Of a stretch of 64,000 bases of DNA, positions 1-8,993 are shown in pieces. Position numbers and translations under genes: made by a program. The notes under the pieces are model-generated. The model saw nothing but the letters and a program-made list of their open reading frames with translations. It was not told where the DNA came from and ran no database searches. Position 1 is the first letter of the stretch. Each line of letters opens with the position of its first letter. The stretch is from Promethearchaeota archaeon (GTDB taxonomy: Archaea > Asgardarchaeota > Lokiarchaeia > Sigyniarchaeales > SOKP01): contig JALGVJ010000009.1 in assembly GCA_029838195.1 (NCBI GenBank), forward strand, positions 29,126 to 93,125, given 5' to 3'.

Positions 1-303
1 GAATTAATTCCGTATAATATAAAAATCTCTGTGGTATATCCTCCCGATACAAATACCCCCGGATTACAAAAAGAAAACGAAACTAAGCCCGAAGAATGTA
101 AAATGTTGTCAGAAAGCGCCAAAATGTTAGAGCCCGAAGAGGTTGCCGATGTCGTTATTGATGGCGTATTAAAAGGAAAATATAATATATTACCCGGGGA
201 AGCAAAGATGATTTGGCGATTATTCCGCCATTTTCCACGCTTAGTACGATTTATCGTGGATAATGATTATAAGAAAGCCAGAAAAAAATTAGGTAAAGAG
301 TGA
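1..303 (+). CDS. Short-chain dehydrogenase/reductase, C-terminal part (5' end lies outside the window); resembles 3-ketodihydrosphingosine reductase-type SDRs
   Basis: The frame is open from nt 1 (ELIPYNIKISVVYPPDTNTPGLQKENETKPEE...), so the track's GTG at 31 is internal. The VYPPDTxTPG...ENxTKP motif matches KDSR/TSC10-like SDRs as I recall them. Confidence 0.55.
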   Translation, partial: ELIPYNIKISVVYPPDTNTPGLQKENETKPEECKMLSESAKMLEPEEVADVVIDGVLKGKYNILPGEAKMIWRLFRHFPRLVRFIVDNDYKKARKKLGKE

Positions 304-327
304 ATTATTTAAATTCATTTTTTTTTT
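301..327 (+). terminator. Weak AT hairpin (TGAATT/AATTCA) followed by a T10 run directly after the SDR stop; oligo-T archaeal terminator candidate
   Basis: Inverted repeat 301-306 / 312-317, then T-run 318-327, read directly from the sequence. Confidence 0.35.
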
Positions 328-608
328 ACATTTTTAACGATACAAGCTATTTCTAATACGATTGTAAATTTCACGTGATTTTTCTTGCGAAGTTATCTCT
401 ATTCACGTGAATGTGAGATCCCGATTCTTCATGGTTTTCGGGTTCTTCAATCATTCTTGTTTCTATTCTTTTAAACCCCTTAAAAATTTGTTTTAATATC
501 TCCATTTATTACCATTTCATTCCATGGATTTGCTAAAGAAAAGGAAAAAAACATGAAAGAGAGAAAATAAAAATAGGGAATTTTTATGGCCGATTCATCC
601 TTAAATGT

Positions 609-989
609 TCATTCCCCTTTTTTAACCGTGCCTTTAAAATGGGAAAATTGTTTAAATATGGTTGGATCGCCCTCAATTTTAGCAAATACATTTACGGGGG
701 TGGCTGCTATGGGTTTATCACCGCTACTTGCTGGTGTGGGGCCAAAAAAAATACAAAAGCCTTGGCCACTCATCCAATAGGCTACGTCTCCAACTTCCAC
801 CTCTTTCTGGGGATTCTCAGCATCAATTTTCACGGGTATGGAGCCATATAGCTCTTCTCCCCACCGAGATAAATCTAAATCTAAAGGGAGATTCTCCCAG
901 ATTTTTTGGCATGTTTGAGGATTTTTATCCCGTAGTAGTTTAGCTTTTACTTGCCCGATTTTTTCATTTTCAATAATGATATAATCCAT
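609..989 (-). CDS. Cyclophilin-like fold protein (Cyclophil_like/DUF369-type)
   Basis: 126-aa ORF. The WGEELY...GDVAYW..GQGFCIFFGPTP pattern is typical of the small cyclophilin-like family. The overlapping + strand ORFs are antisense artefacts. Confidence 0.45.
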   Translation of the reverse strand: MDYIIIENEKIGQVKAKLLRDKNPQTCQKIWENLPLDLDLSRWGEELYGSIPVKIDAENPQKEVEVGDVAYWMSGQGFCIFFGPTPASSGDKPIAATPVNVFAKIEGDPTIFKQFSHFKGTVKKGE

Positions 990-1189
990 GGGATCACATC
1001 CATGTTTTTTTTCTTTTATCTTTCAATAAGAGCTTTTTTCTTATTAACTTAATGAAACTTGAATTAATGGCCATGAATGTTTTTCCTTTTCTAAAAGTAC
1101 AGGGGGGGAACATGAAATGATTTAAAATTTTATCTGGACAATCCAGAAAAATCTAAGGATTAAAAAAGAATTATAATTTATCATCTTAC

Positions 1190-3322
1190 ATGGAAATTAA
1201 AAATTATGTGTTATCTAATGAATACTGGAAATTAGAAATTCACGAAAAGGAACCGGGAAAATTTATATATAAACTATGCGATTGCGTCCACGATGTTATT
1301 TATTCAGACCAAGATTACCATTATAGTCTCATGACTTCAAAAAAAAAGGGCATGCGATATCAATATTTAGATTATTTTGAAAAAGAAAAAGGTGCAAGAC
1401 ATTTAGAAAATAGAACCGTTCGCCTCGTAGGGGGAACCCAATTAATTATAGAAGGATATTTTAGCAACACTAAAATCAAAATCACTCACGTTTTCACCCT
1501 TGAAAAAGGAGATAAATGGTTAAAGGAAAGCATTACTCTTTTGAATGAAGGAGAAAAAAAAGTGCGGTTCAGCTTAATTAATTTGGGTTTTGAAAAAATG
1601 TTATTCAAGCAACGAGAAGGGTGGCAAGATCATTTAGATGAATATACCTTAACTGCAATTCCTTCTCGTCGCTTTTATGGATATGGTGAAGATAGAAGAA
1701 AAGAGTTTTTTAGCGCCAATGACCTCTTGTTTAATGAATGGGTGGTAAAAGAAGCAAGAATGCCGGGTTTTTGTGCTGAAGGATGGGCATGGGGAAATGA
1801 TAAAGGAGGCTTGTTGACGTGTAAATATAATGTTAATGAAATTGAATTCTCTCGATTTAGTAATTTTAGAAGGAATTTGCCCGGAAGGGGTGTTGAAAAT
1901 GTATCCATTATTTTTGGAGGTGCTTCTCTCTATAATGGTGACCCAGAAAGGGCAACTGAATTAAATCCTAAAGAATCGTACGCATTTGGAATATCAAAAT
2001 ACGCCGCATATGAAGGAGATTTTAAAGAGGCGTATTATCTATATAGAAGCCACTTGGAACAAAACGGACATCGCTTTAAAAAAGATTATAATCCTCCTGT
2101 CCATTGGAATGAACTCTATAATTTAGGATGGGAAGCTGAAAAAACAGGATTTTTTGTAAAAGGCGAAAAATTCGAAAAATATACTCTCGAACAATTGTAT
2201 CAAGAAGCAAAATTAGCAAGAGAAGTAGGTGCGGAGGCATTATATTTAGACCCGGGTTGGGATACATATTTAGGCTCCGAAATCTGGAATGAAGAAAGAT
2301 TTGGCCCCTTGAGTGAATTTTCTCGGACCATTCATGAAAAATATGGTTTAAAATTGGCCTTGCATTTAATGATGAATTTCGGGAGCGACGACGAGGAGGA
2401 CTATTTTTATCTCAAATCACCTAAAGGAGTAAGAGTTGTCGCAGATCCTTACATCAATCTATATTGTGTTTGTGCGAATGAACAATGGGTAAAAGAAAAA
2501 ACCCGAAGATTACTAGAACTTGCAAGAAATGAAATTGACTTCTTCATGTTTGATTTTACTGATTTCTCCTCCTTCATGATCGATAATATTGGATGCTGTG
2601 ATAAAACCCACGGTCATGAGGTTCCGATGCACAGGCAATCGCACGCAGAAGGCATCTTTAAAGTAATTCAAAACGTAAAAAAACATTTCCCACAAATACT
2701 TATAGAAGCTCATGGTAGAGGTGTAAATCATCCCTTATATTATCAACACGGACTTCCTTATAGCTTTGATGAAAACTGGGGTTTTGAATGCATGTGGAAC
2801 CCGCTACAAGATTTACTTTCTCATAAGGCATTTCAATTATATGAATATAACCTGGCTTATTCTATTCCTTTATATTTACACATCAATGAAAATAGCGACA
2901 ATGAAGAAATGTTGCAATTTTGGTGGTATGCTTCAGTGGTTCGTCATTTAGGTGTTGGTGGGTTAAAAGAACCAACAAGTAGAAAATTCATTGCCCTTAA
3001 AAATGCCATGATTTTATATAAAAAAATAAAACGAATTCTCACGCAAGGCACGTTTTACGGAATTGATCCCACTGCCCATTTTCACTTATCTCCAAACAAA
3101 AAACAAGCCATCACGATTGCGGTTAATTTAACCAGTAGAGCCATTTTAAAAAAGATAATTTTAAATCCAACACCCCTCGAACTTGATTTCCATTCCATGA
3201 CAATTAAAGATGGAACAAATAATCTCATCGAGGAAATTATCATTACTCCGAAATTAAAGGCTATAAATGAGTTCCTTTTAGAGATACATCCATTATCTCC
3301 TCGAATTATTATTTTTAATTAA
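1190..3322 (+). CDS. Putative glycoside hydrolase (TIM-barrel, alpha-galactosidase/GH36-like)
   Basis: 710-aa ORF. LYLDPGWDT...FGPL...GLKLALHL resembles the DDGW catalytic-barrel region of clan GH-D enzymes. It sits beside sugar symporters. Confidence 0.4.
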   Translation: MEIKNYVLSNEYWKLEIHEKEPGKFIYKLCDCVHDVIYSDQDYHYSLMTSKKKGMRYQYLDYFEKEKGARHLENRTVRLVGGTQLIIEGYFSNTKIKITHVFTLEKGDKWLKESITLLNEGEKKVRFSLINLGFEKMLFKQREGWQDHLDEYTLTAIPSRRFYGYGEDRRKEFFSANDLLFNEWVVKEARMPGFCAEGWAWGNDKGGLLTCKYNVNEIEFSRFSNFRRNLPGRGVENVSIIFGGASLYNGDPERATELNPKESYAFGISKYAAYEGDFKEAYYLYRSHLEQNGHRFKKDYNPPVHWNELYNLGWEAEKTGFFVKGEKFEKYTLEQLYQEAKLAREVGAEALYLDPGWDTYLGSEIWNEERFGPLSEFSRTIHEKYGLKLALHLMMNFGSDDEEDYFYLKSPKGVRVVADPYINLYCVCANEQWVKEKTRRLLELARNEIDFFMFDFTDFSSFMIDNIGCCDKTHGHEVPMHRQSHAEGIFKVIQNVKKHFPQILIEAHGRGVNHPLYYQHGLPYSFDENWGFECMWNPLQDLLSHKAFQLYEYNLAYSIPLYLHINENSDNEEMLQFWWYASVVRHLGVGGLKEPTSRKFIALKNAMILYKKIKRILTQGTFYGIDPTAHFHLSPNKKQAITIAVNLTSRAILKKIILNPTPLELDFHSMTIKDGTNNLIEEIIITPKLKAINEFLLEIHPLSPRIIIFN

Positions 3323-3384
3323 TATTTAAGAGGAATTTCTATTATGGCACGTTAAATTAAAAGAAAATAGATTTTTAGGAGATG

Positions 3385-4845
3385 TTAAAAACCTAACTCT
3401 TCTAAAATCTTTTTATTTCTTGCTACTACTTCTGGTGTGAGTGGGAAAAATTTCCAGAATATAAATGTACCGGCCAATAAAATTAGTCCTGGAATGATTC
3501 CCATGAGAACTCTAATGCCTAAAAGCGCTAAAGCGAGATCGCCTCCCGTAGTGGTAAGGGTGGATACTAAGGCATCATAACTATCAACACCTGAAGGAAA
3601 CCCTGTAATTGTTTGAACCCCAGCAATGATACCTTCATCAACCGTGGCTACAAGACGTCCTAATAATACAGAAATCCCAAGAAGAATCCCTTTTTCGTTT
3701 TTCTTGGTTGTGGCAACAAAATCATCCACTACACTTGCCTGAATGATGGTGTACATGAAAGCCCACATGCTTCCCATTGATATCCCAAGAATAAAAGTAA
3801 GGATATACAGGTCGATTGCAGTTTGAAAAAAGCTAAGGACAATAAAAGAAAAACTAAGTGCAAATCCACCGATTGTCAAAACTTTTTTGTTGTTTTGAAT
3901 TTTTTTAAGATATTTGAGCCAAAAAGGGACAGAGATCAAAGCTCCGAGTAAAAAAAACACGTAAATAAATATCTCATCGCCAGGAGAGCCTTTAAGTAAA
4001 AAATTATTAATATATGGACCCATTGACATTAATAAACTCGTTGATATGACAAAAACGTTTAATATAATGAAATATATAATGAAACTCTTCTGTTTTAATA
4101 CGTCCTTGATTCCTTCAAAGAACTTACTTTTCTTGTATTCTCCTGAAAAATATCTATCTATCACGATCTTATCCTCTTTTGCTCCTGGCAAAAAAAGAAC
4201 TGCGCCGATAAGAGCAATTACGGCTACTGCAGCGCCCATTAATGCAAAGCTTTCTCTAGTGTTTCCTCCAACAAGAAAAAGGGGCGGAATTAACATGCCC
4301 AAGGCTACAGCAATCATATCGAAAGGTGTCCAAAACATCGTAAGTTTTTGGCGTTCCTCTTCTTCCCGAAATAAATCGGGGCGAAGAGCCATGACATTAA
4401 TTCCGACTAAAGAGCCGAATGTGTCAAAAATTATCAAGGACATCATTAGCCAGAGAAAAACAGGCCACGGATTATCATTCTTAAGAGGCGGAGCGGAAAA
4501 AATGAGATATAAAGATAAGCACCACGGGATAATTCCTATTACAATCCAGGGAAATCTTCGACCCCATTTTTTAGTCCATCTGAAATTTCGGTCAACCAAG
4601 AAGCCAATGAGAGGGTCATCAATCGCATCATAAACTGTAAAGATTGAAAGGGCGAGAAAAATAAGCCATTGATTTAAACCTATTACCGAATAATAAAAAA
4701 AATAAAGGTAAATTCCTTGAGCCGAACTCATAATGGATACGACGATTTGAAACGTTGCATTTGAAGCATATTTCCACGTGGGGTGTCTTGTTTGAAAAGG
4801 AGTATCATTTTCGATGGGATTACTACTGACCAGTGCATCAGACAT
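3385..4845 (-). CDS. Glycoside-pentoside-hexuronide (GPH)/MFS cation symporter
   Basis: 486 aa with about 12 predicted TM segments. It carries the GPH signature DAIDDPLIGFLVDR...WGRRFPW. Confidence 0.75.
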   Translation of the reverse strand: MSDALVSSNPIENDTPFQTRHPTWKYASNATFQIVVSIMSSAQGIYLYFFYYSVIGLNQWLIFLALSIFTVYDAIDDPLIGFLVDRNFRWTKKWGRRFPWIVIGIIPWCLSLYLIFSAPPLKNDNPWPVFLWLMMSLIIFDTFGSLVGINVMALRPDLFREEEERQKLTMFWTPFDMIAVALGMLIPPLFLVGGNTRESFALMGAAVAVIALIGAVLFLPGAKEDKIVIDRYFSGEYKKSKFFEGIKDVLKQKSFIIYFIILNVFVISTSLLMSMGPYINNFLLKGSPGDEIFIYVFFLLGALISVPFWLKYLKKIQNNKKVLTIGGFALSFSFIVLSFFQTAIDLYILTFILGISMGSMWAFMYTIIQASVVDDFVATTKKNEKGILLGISVLLGRLVATVDEGIIAGVQTITGFPSGVDSYDALVSTLTTTGGDLALALLGIRVLMGIIPGLILLAGTFIFWKFFPLTPEVVARNKKILEELGF

Positions 4846-5302
4846 TTTATTTTCCTTTTTTATAAATGCTTTATTGAAAATTTTTAATTAACTTTTTTTA
4901 ATAAAAGATAATAAAAGTGGAAAGACATAAAATTTAAATTTTTGCTTTATTTTTTCTCCCTTTGAAAAATGGTTTCTGAATGATGGATATCTTCAATAAT
5001 GAAGACCATTTTATCTTTTTTAAGCACGTCGTGTTCTTTTTCTTCCCCAATTAATTTATCATCTCATTTAAAAGCCACGTGACGTTAAGGTTCGTATTTA
5101 ATCACGCCTTAAAATTCCTTTTGTTATTTTTTATTATAATTTTTTATAGTGATACTTTTGAATTGAATGGAAACATTTCACGATACCAGCGATGATCGGT
5201 TAGTGCTTAAATATTGTAGTTCAATAAATAATATATTGAGGAACAAGTTATTTTATTTTAACTCATCATAAATTGTCAAAATTTTAAGAAAAACGTATAA
5301 TA

Positions 5303-6118
5303 ATGATTTTAGAACAAACCGTAGAATTATTGAAAAATATCTATAAATATCGTAAAATACCCTATCCCTTGTTACGAAGAGTAGTAATTGGATTGGGGTA
5401 TACTGCCGTAGAAGTTGAAACATTTGCATTTGATCCTTTTTTAGGATTGGCTTATACCCTTCCAGAACTAATAAGAGCGCCTTCGTGTAGTAAGATCGAA
5501 TTTGCGGGCAAGTTAACGGAATTACCCTTAACCACGCTTTTAGAGTGGGTGAGTTATCGTCCCAGCTTGAATAAAATTATTGGTGTTGCAACATTAAATG
5601 CCTTGTCTCAACATGTCTTGGCAATTGAAAATCCGCACGTAAAAATTAGCCATTCTCTTTCGGAGGAATTAAATTTAAACGAGAATTCTAGACTCATTTT
5701 TATTGGTCTTATCAAACCCTTAATTCAAGAAATGAGTCAAATCACTAAAAATATCATGATCATTGAAAATAATCCCTTTAAATCAGAATTTTCTACTCCT
5801 TTTCCGTTAAAAAGAAGCATTCAAGAGGTAAATCTTAAAGATTGCATGGTAGATGCCTTGATTTGTACGGGAACAACACTTTTAAATGACACCTTGGAAT
5901 CCCTTCTTGACTCATTCAAAAATCGTGCGAACACTATTATAGTGTTAGGACCAACGGCCAGCATGGTCCCTGATATTTTATTTGATTGGGGCGTTGACAT
6001 CGTAGGTGGAATTTGCATTAAAAATACGAAGGAAACCTTAAAAATTATTGAACAAGGAGGAGGAACAAAATTGTTCCGATCGTTGGGAGAAAAATATTTC
6101 TTAAAAAAAACATATTGA
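5303..6118 (+). CDS. DUF4213/DUF364-type Rossmann-like protein (putative metal-chelation domain family)
   Basis: 271 aa. VIGLGYTAVEV near the N-terminus and a C-terminal Rossmann-like segment (IFIGLI...IIENN...LICTGTTLLN) match that family. Confidence 0.4.
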   Translation: MILEQTVELLKNIYKYRKIPYPLLRRVVIGLGYTAVEVETFAFDPFLGLAYTLPELIRAPSCSKIEFAGKLTELPLTTLLEWVSYRPSLNKIIGVATLNALSQHVLAIENPHVKISHSLSEELNLNENSRLIFIGLIKPLIQEMSQITKNIMIIENNPFKSEFSTPFPLKRSIQEVNLKDCMVDALICTGTTLLNDTLESLLDSFKNRANTIIVLGPTASMVPDILFDWGVDIVGGICIKNTKETLKIIEQGGGTKLFRSLGEKYFLKKTY

Positions 6119-6207
6119 ATGATTATTAATTTTTGGAAGTTAAATTAATTTTAAACGAGTACATTATAGATTTATAAAAAATTTCACGAGAGCAATTTAA
6201 TTTTATA

Positions 6208-6753
6208 ATGAAAACCAGTCCAACTATCAAATGGAAGTTCAAGGTGGTCATCTGTGGCCCGGGGGCTGTAGGAAAAACCAGTATCATTCAGCGATTTGTC
6301 CATAATAGCTTCTCAATTAGTTATAAAATCACTATTGGGGTCGATTTTTTAACTAAAGATGTAGAATATAAAGATGGGGAAGCTGCTCGTCTCACGATTT
6401 GGGATATTGGCGGACAAGAACGCTATAATTTTCTCCGAGAAAGCTTTTTTGAAAAATCCGATGGTGCATTATTAGTTTTTGATCTCACGAGAGAAAAAAC
6501 ATTCAAAGAAATTAAAAATTGGCTTGAGCAACTGAGGAAATATACTTTTGATGCCATCCCTTTCGTACTTGTCGGAAATAAATCAGATCTTTTAACGGAT
6601 TTAGGCGTGGTTTTAGATAATGACGAAATAAAAAGTTTTGCTAAAAAAGAAAAGGCTTTTTATATAGAAACTTCAGCGAAAAAAAATCAAAATATTGAAT
6701 TGGCCTTTTTAGAATTAACTAAAGCAATTTTAAAATCGAAATCTTCCCGATGA
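6208..6753 (+). CDS. Rab/Ras-like small GTPase
   Basis: G1 GPGAVGKTS, G2 region ITIGVDF, G3 WDIGGQE, G4 GNKSDL and G5 ETSAKK are all present in the canonical order. Confidence 0.85.
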   Translation: MKTSPTIKWKFKVVICGPGAVGKTSIIQRFVHNSFSISYKITIGVDFLTKDVEYKDGEAARLTIWDIGGQERYNFLRESFFEKSDGALLVFDLTREKTFKEIKNWLEQLRKYTFDAIPFVLVGNKSDLLTDLGVVLDNDEIKSFAKKEKAFYIETSAKKNQNIELAFLELTKAILKSKSSR

Positions 6754-6886
6754 CTCTTTTTAATTATCATGAGCTGAGAAATGAACAATTAAATTAAAAA
6801 AAAATATATTTTATTATACTTTCTTGCTTATTTTTTACATTTTAAATATTTTTCTTGAGAATACTTATACTGATATTGTTTCTAGT

Positions 6887-6994
6887 TTAAACGAAGAGCG
6901 TGAGAATTAACAACAAGATGAAATATATCGAGACACCGAACAGAGCAATCCAACAAATCTTTTGAATCATATTCCATTTTTCTTCACTTATCAC
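6887..6994 (-). CDS. Candidate micro-ORF, 35-aa single-TM peptide (below the track threshold)
   Basis: Hand translation gives V/MISEEKWNMIQKICWIALFGVSIYFILLLILTLFV*. GGAG lies about 8 nt upstream of the GTG. It follows the 46-aa micro-ORF on the same strand. Confidence 0.25.
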   Translation of the reverse strand: MISEEKWNMIQKICWIALFGVSIYFILLLILTLFV

Positions 6995-7018
6995 TTTAAT
7001 CTCCTCGTACACGTAATT

Positions 7019-7159
7019 TTAAATTAGAAAATGATATCCATAGAGAATGAAGGGTAAAAGAATGAAGAATCCAAGGATGATGAGAATGATAAATTCGATA
7101 ATACGCATGCTTTTTGCCTGTTCTTCTGTTAAGAATTCCTTTTTATTGTTTTCAGACAT
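7019..7159 (-). CDS. Candidate micro-ORF, 46-aa single-TM peptide, translationally coupled to the upstream propeller gene
   Basis: Hand translation gives MSENNKKEFLTEEQAKSMRIIEFIILIILGFFILLPFILYGYHFLI*. Its ATG overlaps the stop of the 7152..8642 gene (ATGTCTGA), and a GGTGA Shine-Dalgarno-like motif lies about 8 nt upstream. Confidence 0.35.
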   Translation of the reverse strand: MSENNKKEFLTEEQAKSMRIIEFIILIILGFFILLPFILYGYHFLI

Positions 7160-8642
7160 TTAATCCTCTCACCTCGTTTGCATGTTCGATTAATCCCGAA
7201 GCACTAAATCGTGCCATCCGAATTTCTGTGGCGGAATAGAATGCAAGCCCAATAATCCATGGCAAATCATGGTTCACCGGGTTCGTGTAATAGCTAACGT
7301 ATACGTCCTCTCCTAAAACTACAACGCCCGTGTATGCAGTATCTCCATTACTCGGCAAGTCAAATAGCCATACAAGTCGATCCTCCAGTAATTCATATAT
7401 GGCAGTTCGCTTCTTAGCCACGTGGTTTCCCGTATCGATCCTCGGGCCTAAATGATTTCTGCCAGCGACAAAATATCTCCCATTTACCTTAAAAATGGTT
7501 GCACCATCCATTCTGGTTTGAAATTCCGGTGCGTAAGACCACTCTTTCAAATTATTATAAGATCTAGCTATAATTGTCCCCGCATGAGGCGTTCCAAACT
7601 CATAACTACTCCAGCTACTCATTCGACCGACGCGCAAGGTGCAAATGATTTCGCCATCAGGCAAAAATTCAAAACAAGGTTCTCCTGAAGGATACGTGTC
7701 ATAAACCACGCTTATTTCGTTCCAATTAATACCATCGCGGGAGCTAATTAAAATGGTCATGTAATGATGTCCTTTTTTCCCACTTGCCATGCAATACCAG
7801 ATTTTATTATCTTTAGTTAGAGGTCTTTGACGGCCAAATACCCATCCTTCTTCCCGCTTAATTCCGGTATCATGTTTCACGTTCACGTAGATTTCTTCGG
7901 GTTCTGACCACGTAACTCCATCCTTGGAAATACAATAATAAGTTTCATTCGGTCCGGGGTCAAATCTATAGTTTGGTAAGAAGTATAAAAATAGTTGTCC
8001 TTTAATTTCAGTAAGAAGGGGATCCCGCACGTCATTTTGACCAGGACCTTTAATTGCAGCAACGCGTTCCCAGCTTCCTTCTGAAGCATCTTTAGAACGA
8101 GCGATGACGATTTCACCATTTTTATCCTCTAAATGCCATTTAGAATTTTGATAAGCTAAATAGAAATAACCTTTCCAATAGTACAATTTAGTATTCGATT
8201 TATGGTGTTTTTCTAATCCATTCCCAGGGGGTAGTCCGGTAGGAGGGACGGCGGTCCACGTTTCTAACTCTAAACTTTCATCCGTTTCGAAGGAGGGAGG
8301 CATGCGCATGTAATAATAGGTCATCAATATTCCTAATACAGCATTGAGCGTAAGAATGATAGCAAACACGCATGCCACGCTTTTCTTTAATTTTCCAATG
8401 GGAGTCTTGAAGAAGATTTTTTGGAGATACTTGTAAAGAAAAAGAAGGATTCCAACACCCATGATGAGGGCAAAAAGAATCGTGCCGAAAAGCGTTATAA
8501 TGTAAGTAGTCGTTCCGAGAAAATTCAGCGTTCCCGATATACCCACGATGATGAGAAGAATGGTCCCAATAAACATTAATTTAAGCGCTTTTTCATACTC
8601 GGGATAAAATTGATTTTTAATTGTTTCAATTAGGCTTTTCAT
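7152..8642 (-). CDS. Membrane-anchored beta-propeller protein (sialidase/BNR-like glycosidase fold)
   Basis: 496 aa. The N-terminal ~110 aa form about 4 TM helices. The rest has repeated W/Y-rich strand patterns (IARSKDASEGSWERV, CISKDGVTWSEPEEI, ISSRDGINWNEI) like S-x-D-x-G-x-x-W Asp-box repeats. Confidence 0.5.
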   Translation of the reverse strand: MKSLIETIKNQFYPEYEKALKLMFIGTILLIIVGISGTLNFLGTTTYIITLFGTILFALIMGVGILLFLYKYLQKIFFKTPIGKLKKSVACVFAIILTLNAVLGILMTYYYMRMPPSFETDESLELETWTAVPPTGLPPGNGLEKHHKSNTKLYYWKGYFYLAYQNSKWHLEDKNGEIVIARSKDASEGSWERVAAIKGPGQNDVRDPLLTEIKGQLFLYFLPNYRFDPGPNETYYCISKDGVTWSEPEEIYVNVKHDTGIKREEGWVFGRQRPLTKDNKIWYCMASGKKGHHYMTILISSRDGINWNEISVVYDTYPSGEPCFEFLPDGEIICTLRVGRMSSWSSYEFGTPHAGTIIARSYNNLKEWSYAPEFQTRMDGATIFKVNGRYFVAGRNHLGPRIDTGNHVAKKRTAIYELLEDRLVWLFDLPSNGDTAYTGVVVLGEDVYVSYYTNPVNHDLPWIIGLAFYSATEIRMARFSASGLIEHANEVRGLNV

Positions 8643-8993
8643 GGTTTAATTCCCCAATATTTATTTTAGTTTAAAGTTTTTTATTATTAGTTTGTTCATA
8701 CAAGATATAAAGATTTCGTAAGTTGGTTTAATATCCTAAGAATGCTTGTAAAATATTACATGTTCAAACATGAGATGATTTGTTCCTTGAATTATAACCC
8801 ATCCTTTTTTTCCCTTTTATTATAATAATTCATTTTTCATGACATGAATTGGAATATTACGAGAAATTGGTATAATGAATTTAAATTTATTGACAATTAT
8901 TATAGAATTGAAGAACCATTAAAATTAATTTTTTAATAAAAAGCTGTTTTAGCAATATCAACTTGTTTTAGGGAATGAATTATTTTCTCAATC

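Noticed and set aside
586-943. Three overlapping + strand ORFs (586..780, 639..851, 728..943)
   Set aside because: All overlap the minus-strand cyclophilin-like gene, which has recognisable family motifs. They have none.
4046-4633. 195-aa + strand ORF inside the GPH transporter gene
   Set aside because: It is antisense to a well-supported transporter CDS. Its composition is low-complexity and K/R/S-rich, typical of shadow ORFs in AT-rich DNA. The same reasoning applies to 11857..12285, 21066..21407, 22432..22845, 29283..29792, 31549..32067, 32179..32550, 48527..48961, 61281..61679 and the other short antisense ORFs in the track.
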